From positions 523,504-587,503 of the forward strand of contig JBAZUB010000001.1 of the NCBI GenBank assembly GCA_041661625.1: a DNA stretch of 64,000 nt, read 5' to 3'. This DNA comes from Patescibacteria group bacterium (GTDB taxonomy: Bacteria; Patescibacteriota; Patescibacteriia; JAHIZJ01). Below, one piece after another: positions 59,339 to 64,000 of the stretch (position 1 is the stretch's first letter; the number at the start of each line of letters is the position of its first letter). The translations under genes were made by a program, and so were the position numbers. The notes beneath the pieces are model-generated. The model made no database searches and was not told where the DNA came from. It worked only from the letters and a program-made list of their open reading frames with translations.

Positions 59339-60794
59339 GGCGTTTTTTTAAGTAGGTCCGCGCTTGGTCCTTGGTGGTAACTTGTCCTCGCAATTGGCGC
59401 AATCTCAGATCTTCCAGCGCCAGGCCAACCTGCGGTCCGGGTGACCATTTTATTAGGCGCATTATTTCGGTTCCATCCAGCAATAATTTGGGGGTAGCGG
59501 AGTGGCTGTAACCTGTTTTTTTTATACGCTGAATTGACCGGACTGTCGCCTGGTATCTTTGCAATGCGGGTTTATTATTTTTTGTCCGGCTGCCCCCGCC
59601 ATCGGCGTATAGCATCTGGAGCAGTCTTTGCCCGCGCTCGGGTGGAATAAGAAAATACCGCTCCAGCGTGGTCGGGCGCATCTTAGCCGGCTCACCATGG
59701 AGCACCACCATATGGGATTGAATCAACCAACATAACCGGTCGCAGTCTATCAAACCCTGATAACTGCTTAGTTTTAGCCGTTGGCAAACATCACCCGCGA
59801 TTTTACTGCCAACGATTTCATGACCATAGAAAGACCGCCGGCCATTAGGTAAACTCTTGGCTGTGTATGGCTTTCCGACATCATGCAGCAACACTCCCAG
59901 AATCAGTTCGGGATGCAACTGGGCGGTGTCCGGAAATTCTTTTTTAAATCCTGGCGATGCTAACACCTCCAAAGCTAGCCGTGTATGCGTCCAGACGTCG
60001 CCCTCCAAATGAAACCGTGGGTCATGGCGACAACCTTTCATTTTCAACAGTTCGGGTAATAATACCTTGAACGCGCCGCTACGCTCACAAAGGTCAAAAG
60101 CTCTCACTGGCTGAGCAGTTAGCGTTTTTATCAACTCTTTGGCCACCGCCTCCCTGGGTACGACCGCCGAGTTAACCCTGGGCATTAGTCGGACCAACGC
60201 CAGCCAGGTAGCTGGTTCAATATCAAAACCCAATTGCACGCTGAAACGCAGGGCGCGCAACAGCCGTGAATAGTCCTCTTGAAATCGACGTGTAGGTGAA
60301 CCGGCTGCCCGAATCTTCTTGGCCGCTAGGTCAGACAAACCGCCCGTGGGATCAATTAATTTTTCCGCTGCCATGTCCCAGGCCAGCGCGTTGGCCGTAA
60401 AATCACGCCGCTTCAAATCTTGTTCGATCGGCAGACGATAATCAGATTGGACTTTGAAATCGTGGTACCCGCCGGACATGTGTAGCGAATGCTCGGTGCG
60501 AGGTAGTGCCACATCGATCGGATCCGCACCGCTCTGGTCTCTGGGCACCACTTTGTATACACCGAATACTCGGCCGACGTAATCGACCCGACCGACACGA
60601 TTTAAATATTTTTCCAACTCCTTGGGCGGTAAGCCAGACACAACGATATCGACATCTTTGGTCGGACGCCCCATCAGCCAATCACGCACCGCACCGCCCA
60701 CAATATATATCCGGCATTTCGGATACAACTTCAAAAGGCGCGTGGCAAAATTCAATCGCGCGTCCCGCTTGATATGTTGTTTGATGGTAATCAT
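59289..60794 (-). CDS. cca: CCA-adding enzyme / poly(A) polymerase family nucleotidyltransferase with HD domain
   Basis: YIVGGAVRDWLMGRPTKDVDIVV (GG..RD...D.D head), RRDFTANA, and C-terminal HD (LLHDVGK). Confidence 0.8.
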   Translation of the reverse strand: MITIKQHIKRDARLNFATRLLKLYPKCRIYIVGGAVRDWLMGRPTKDVDIVVSGLPPKELEKYLNRVGRVDYVGRVFGVYKVVPRDQSGADPIDVALPRTEHSLHMSGGYHDFKVQSDYRLPIEQDLKRRDFTANALAWDMAAEKLIDPTGGLSDLAAKKIRAAGSPTRRFQEDYSRLLRALRFSVQLGFDIEPATWLALVRLMPRVNSAVVPREAVAKELIKTLTAQPVRAFDLCERSGAFKVLLPELLKMKGCRHDPRFHLEGDVWTHTRLALEVLASPGFKKEFPDTAQLHPELILGVLLHDVGKPYTAKSLPNGRRSFYGHEIVGSKIAGDVCQRLKLSSYQGLIDCDRLCWLIQSHMVVLHGEPAKMRPTTLERYFLIPPERGQRLLQMLYADGGGSRTKNNKPALQRYQATVRSIQRIKKTGYSHSATPKLLLDGTEIMRLIKWSPGPQVGLALEDLRLRQLRGQVTTKDQARTYLKKRHGTPHHRTRSHRAAPR

Positions 60795-60851
60795 GATAGT
60801 TTGAGCATACGTAATAACCGGGAAACTGACAAGGGTGCTTGGGTAAGAAAA

Positions 60852-60878
60852 TCCGTACAGCCCCTCTGCTGTACGGTG
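60852..60878 (-). terminator. rho-independent terminator (minus strand)
   Basis: ccgtacagc-ccctct-gctgtacgg hairpin followed on the minus strand by ttttctt. Confidence 0.45.
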
Positions 60879-61211
60879 TCACTCGGCCGCCTCTGGAGCA
60901 GGCAGATTGACGCGAAACTCGTGCTGCTCGGTGTAGTCTGGCCTGGCGCAAACTAATACCTTGCGCCACCCTTCTGGCACATCGTCTCCAGGATACGTGC
61001 CCTCCTCTCTGATGACTCGATAAGCCCGACACGAAGCGGGGCCTTCGAGAAGAAGTGTCCCCGAGGAAAGCGGCTGGGTCGTGTGCACCAACAGCGTTAG
61101 AAAAACTTCACTGCCGCTTAGAAACCTCGCCACCGGTAAATGTTTCTCGTTGGGTGCATGTACTTCGTCGTAGTCACCAGTTTCGTCCGCCGTCAGACCT
61201 AGGTCAGGCAT
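60879..61211 (-). CDS. hypothetical protein (GC-rich, second gene of a 2-gene operon)
   Basis: 110-aa ORF overlapping the upstream gene by 8 nt (ATGA-type coupling); ~60% GC. Confidence 0.35.
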   Translation of the reverse strand: MPDLGLTADETGDYDEVHAPNEKHLPVARFLSGSEVFLTLLVHTTQPLSSGTLLLEGPASCRAYRVIREEGTYPGDDVPEGWRKVLVCARPDYTEQHEFRVNLPAPEAAE

Positions 61212-61497
61212 GACTCACCGCCGGCTTCACCACCACCTGTACGATACCCTCAAACCGTAGCGGCTGGATGCGTACCAAGCCGCCCTTCAAATCGCCGTTG
61301 GCAGAGTAGACAATCTCCGCAACAACAGCATGCACCTGCGGCCCGCCCTTGACGTTCAGTACGAGTGGGGTTCCCACAACTACCGGATATGGCGCACCCT
61401 CTTGGTGACTATCGACCCAACTCATCATGAAACGGCCGTCTCCGCAATCGTGAACGACCGTGCCAACGGTCTTGCGATCCTCCTGTCCATCAGCCAT
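61204..61497 (-). CDS. hypothetical protein (GC-rich)
   Basis: Strong SD ggaagggagg 6 nt upstream of the ATG; 97 aa. Confidence 0.45.
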   Translation of the reverse strand: MADGQEDRKTVGTVVHDCGDGRFMMSWVDSHQEGAPYPVVVGTPLVLNVKGGPQVHAVVAEIVYSANGDLKGGLVRIQPLRFEGIVQVVVKPAVSHA

Positions 61498-61577
61498 GGT
61501 TTATACCTCCCTTCCACGACTGGCGCCCAGAAACCTGCGCCAACCTTATCACCGAATTGGATTAACGTCAACACCAA

Positions 61578-61600
61578 AACACCCCGCTCGGGGGTGAATG
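61578..61600 (-). terminator. rho-independent terminator of the tRNA-Val transcription unit (minus strand)
   Basis: cacccc-gagc-ggggtg followed on the minus strand by ttttgg. Confidence 0.4.
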
Positions 61601-61610
61601 TGGGCAAATA

Positions 61611-61679
61611 TTATCCTTGGTGGGCGATAGAGGAATCGAACCTCTGTCCGGGGTGCGCCGGTCAGAACAACGGCACACC
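61611..61679 (-). pseudogene. tRNA 3'-end-derived fragment (T-arm + acceptor atcgccc + CCA) fused to a repeat also found at 62750-62781
   Basis: Minus strand: acgggtgtgccgttgttctgaccggcgcaccccggacagaggttcgattcctctatcgcccacca. The acceptor 3' strand matches tRNA-Ile (gggcgat). Confidence 0.4.
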
Positions 61680-61756
61680 CGTCGTGGCCCGCGCAAAGGC
61701 AAGCAGTTGCCTTTGCTTGTCACCACAACCCTCCACAACCCGCCCGCCAAAGCTTG

Positions 61757-61830
61757 TGGGCGGCACAAGAGTTGAACTTGTGACCTCCACAATGTCAATG
61801 TGGCGCTCTAACCAACTGAGCTAGCCGCCC
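61757..61830 (-). tRNA. tRNA-Val (anticodon GAC)
   Basis: gggcggc-ta-gctcagttggttagagc-g-ccaca-ttGACat-tgtgg-aggtc-acaagttcaactcttgt-gccgccc-a. Confidence 0.85.
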
Positions 61831-61846
61831 ACAAGCGGCGCGCGGG

Positions 61847-61884
61847 TGTCAATGTGGCGCTCTAACCATCTGAGCTAACCGCCC
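61847..61884 (-). pseudogene. duplicated 5' half of a tRNA-Val (ends in anticodon loop) 17 nt upstream of the intact gene
   Basis: Minus strand gggcggttagctcagatggttagagcgccacattgaca, i.e. nt 1-37 of a Val(GAC) tRNA, then diverges (cccgcgcgccgcttgt). Confidence 0.55.
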
Positions 61885-61942
61885 ACCAAGAAAATAATAT
61901 TTTCAAAATGCCCTTACAAATTAACACACTGCCCTAGCTTTA

Positions 61943-62581
61943 TCAAGCCCCCAGTGGAATGACGTGTTCGCGAATTACTCTTGCATAATCGTGACGCGAT
62001 TTATCATACGCGTACAGTCCGATAACTACCTCGTTAGCCACAAATGATTTGCCTCTCAGCGTACGGGCTTCCGCTTGGATTCGAGAAACATGCTTATACT
62101 GAGCCGTGACACTACCCAGCGTTACATGAGGATGAAACCGACTACCGACACGTAAATACCCGTATTTTAGTATCGCTTTAATTTCTATCGGTGTAAATAT
62201 CTTCTCTCGAATCCGTTGCATATCTTTGCTTCTGATTCGATTCCCGCGCAACTGATTAGCGATTCTGATAATATTCATATGGAATTTTTTTAGCAACGGC
62301 CTCTCGGTTATGCCCAAGCTAATGAATGTGCCCTTACGGTGCGGCGCCAGACGCACTTTGGTTATAGTCAATCGTATTGATTTGAGCTGGGTGCGTATAA
62401 TTTGCCTCTGAAGAATTGGAAAGTCGGTTTGCCTAAATTTAGACAAATATATAGTTACGTGCGGTTCATGCTGAAAATTACCCGGATAAACCAAACCAAA
62501 CGCTTTCTGTATACCCCGAATCTTCTTAGCGATATCAGGTCTAACGTTAAGATGTATACCGAGTACTGTTTCGGTTCTCAT
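61943..62581 (-). CDS. 2H phosphoesterase superfamily protein (LigT-like 2'-5' RNA ligase / cyclic phosphodiesterase)
   Basis: Two H-x-T-x motifs: EPHVTIYL and HPHVTLGS. Confidence 0.65.
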   Translation of the reverse strand: MRTETVLGIHLNVRPDIAKKIRGIQKAFGLVYPGNFQHEPHVTIYLSKFRQTDFPILQRQIIRTQLKSIRLTITKVRLAPHRKGTFISLGITERPLLKKFHMNIIRIANQLRGNRIRSKDMQRIREKIFTPIEIKAILKYGYLRVGSRFHPHVTLGSVTAQYKHVSRIQAEARTLRGKSFVANEVVIGLYAYDKSRHDYARVIREHVIPLGA

Positions 62582-62639
62582 TATACTATATTATTTGATA
62601 CTTGTAACAACGAGCTGCACGGCAATGCTTTACTCTTGG

Positions 62640-62713
62640 TGGGCGGTGGAGGACTCGAACCTCCGACCCTCTCGGTGTAAACGAGATACTCTAACCAACT
62701 GAGCTAACCGCCC
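62640..62713 (-). tRNA. tRNA-Val (anticodon UAC)
   Basis: gggcggt-ta-gctcagttggttagagt-a-tctcg-ttTACac-cgaga-gggtc-ggaggttcgagtcctcc-accgccc-a. Confidence 0.85.
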
Positions 62714-62749
62714 GAGTATGTTGATATAAATAGCGGAACCTGGATGCGC

Positions 62750-62781
62750 CGGTCAGAACAACGGCACACCCGTCTCACCCC
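62750..62781 (-). repeat. second copy of the tRNA-3'-fragment-associated repeat (acgggtgtgccgttgttctgaccggcgca)
   Basis: 32/32 identical to 61648-61679; followed by a degenerate T-arm-like sequence. Confidence 0.5.
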
Positions 62782-62902
62782 TCGTAGACGCAAACAGTTG
62801 CGTCTACTTGTGGGTTCGACCCATCTTATATCAGCCTCCGACCTGACATTGATTATTGTGGCTGATATATCAACGACCTCACAATCAGTATTTATCCCGT
62901 GG

Positions 62903-62975
62903 TGGGCGTGGATGGTCTCGAACCATCGACCCCTGCCTTATAAGGGCAGTGCTCTAACCCCTGAGCTACACGCCC
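62903..62975 (-). tRNA. tRNA with anticodon UAU (nominally Ile, AUA-decoding), CCA encoded
   Basis: gggcgtg-ta-gctcaggggttagagc-a-ctgcc-ctTATaa-ggcag-gggtc-gatggttcgagaccatc-cacgccc-a-cca; flanked by extended stem atcccgtgg/ccacgggat. Confidence 0.7.
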
Positions 62976-63206
62976 ACCACGGGATATTAATATTTGAAAT
63001 CGTCGCTATAAAGACGGTGCTCCCAGCTCCGCATCCCGAACGCAGTGAGTGGTGTGGGGTAACCTTCGCCTACTCACTTGGGCACCGAACAAAAGTGGGA
63101 TCAACACGCCCATAATGTATAACGTACTTTTTCACCAGACCGAAAGCCGGGCGCAGAGCGTCCGGGCTCGCTGACGCTGTCAGTGTCGGTGCTACTTTAC
63201 TTTGTT

Positions 63207-63914
63207 TTACTTCTTTTGTCCAGACACGCGACCGGCTAATCGTAGAATCCAGCTGGGTTTATGGCCTTCTTTCAGACGAAGGAATGTGGTCACCCAGGCT
63301 GAAAATTGAAAGCTGGACAATAGCGAACCAGTAATTATCACAATGGCCAACACCAGAGCAACGGCAGCCCCGAAGATAAAGTTGGCCGTGGTGGTGTAGC
63401 CACCGCTGTTCATCACTAGAATGATGATAAAGAACGGCAAGATGATCAGCGCAATTACCAGCAAGATAGCCAGATTGGCCACTAAGTTGATCAGAAAGAT
63501 CAATATGGCCATTTCGATACTATCGACCCAGTTTTTAATGAACAATTTCCAACCGGACAGGATGGCCCGGCCGGTGTTTTCGTTATTTACCACCACATAA
63601 CCGGCGGCGTATCGGGCTACAAAAGAAACGATCAGAGAAACGATGAATGATATTACGGCCAATAACGCACCTAGCCATAACCCGACCGCGTGCAACAGCA
63701 TCAAAGAGACCAACACGGCCATAAGTATCAGCACGCCATAGTCAACCACTTTGGCCAGTAGAATGATAACAATATTCTTCCAAAAGTATTTGTGCCCATT
63801 AGCCATTGCGCCATTGAATGATATCTTTTTGCCGGCGTCGAGCTGCGCAATGCTATGCGTCAGGGCACCGACCGATGCGACCATCAGCCAGACAAACAGC
63901 GCCAGTATCATCAA
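63207..63914 (-). CDS. integral membrane protein (6-7 TM), hypothetical
   Basis: Hydropathy; 235 aa; no recognised family. Confidence 0.45.
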   Translation of the reverse strand: MMILALFVWLMVASVGALTHSIAQLDAGKKISFNGAMANGHKYFWKNIVIILLAKVVDYGVLILMAVLVSLMLLHAVGLWLGALLAVISFIVSLIVSFVARYAAGYVVVNNENTGRAILSGWKLFIKNWVDSIEMAILIFLINLVANLAILLVIALIILPFFIIILVMNSGGYTTTANFIFGAAVALVLAIVIITGSLLSSFQFSAWVTTFLRLKEGHKPSWILRLAGRVSGQKK

Positions 63915-64000
63915 GGCGATCAGCGATCCGATAATGGCTGACGCCGTGGAATCAGTCAGCGATGACCAAATACTGGAAAATACCCCGCCAAAGCCATTCG

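Noticed and set aside
61330-61824. 164-aa plus-strand ORF spanning the minus-strand tRNA-Val region
   Set aside because: It runs antisense through tRNA genes and a well-supported minus-strand CDS (61204-61497 with strong SD); it is an artefact of GC-rich sequence.

Overview
64 kb from a bacterial chromosome of roughly 50% GC. Several features point to an uncultured small-genome lineage (CPR/Patescibacteria-like), though this is not certain: the 16S gene (30116-31727) stands alone with no 23S after it, it carries a ~120-nt 5' expansion segment and divergent universal-primer sites, and tRNAs are flanked by long inverted repeats (extended precursor stems). Core genes present: gyrA, rpmF-nusB-rnc, smc, rpsP ... 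KH-protein-trmD, rlmN, bcp, a 2-oxoacid:ferredoxin oxidoreductase alpha/beta pair, a DEAD-box helicase, rplS, an RluA-family pseudouridine synthase and cca. Ten intact tRNA genes were found: Ile-GAT, Phe, Pro, Gly, Ala, Leu, Val-GAC, Val-TAC, Ile-TAT. The window is rich in secreted and surface proteins: a PGRP/Amidase_2 autolysin with C-terminal repeats, three tandem adhesin-like proteins (IPT + cadherin-like domains, and a beta-helix protein) sharing a Cys-rich TSP1-like C-terminal module, a 948-aa protein with a T9SS-type C-terminal sorting domain inside a GC-rich island, and three tandem Cys-rich signal-peptide peptides. The most notable feature is a reverse transcriptase gene (23690-24793) inserted in the conserved rpsP-KH-trmD neighbourhood. 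It has its own consensus sigma70 promoter, a ~240-nt highly structured untranslated leader (candidate template/ncRNA) and its own terminator, with no maturase, endonuclease or intron domains. This is retron/DRT-like rather than group II intron or DGR. Other unusual structure: a tRNA-Ile(GAU) gene nested between exact copies of its own 5' and 3' halves, split at anticodon position 35/36; many further tRNA half-fragments and small palindromic elements near tRNA genes; a family of CGTAGGCG...CGCCTACG palindromic intergenic repeats that double as terminators; and an unusually long hairpin-rich leader between that promoter and the RT start codon (detailed in the RT finding). No CRISPR array, IS transposase or integrase gene was seen.
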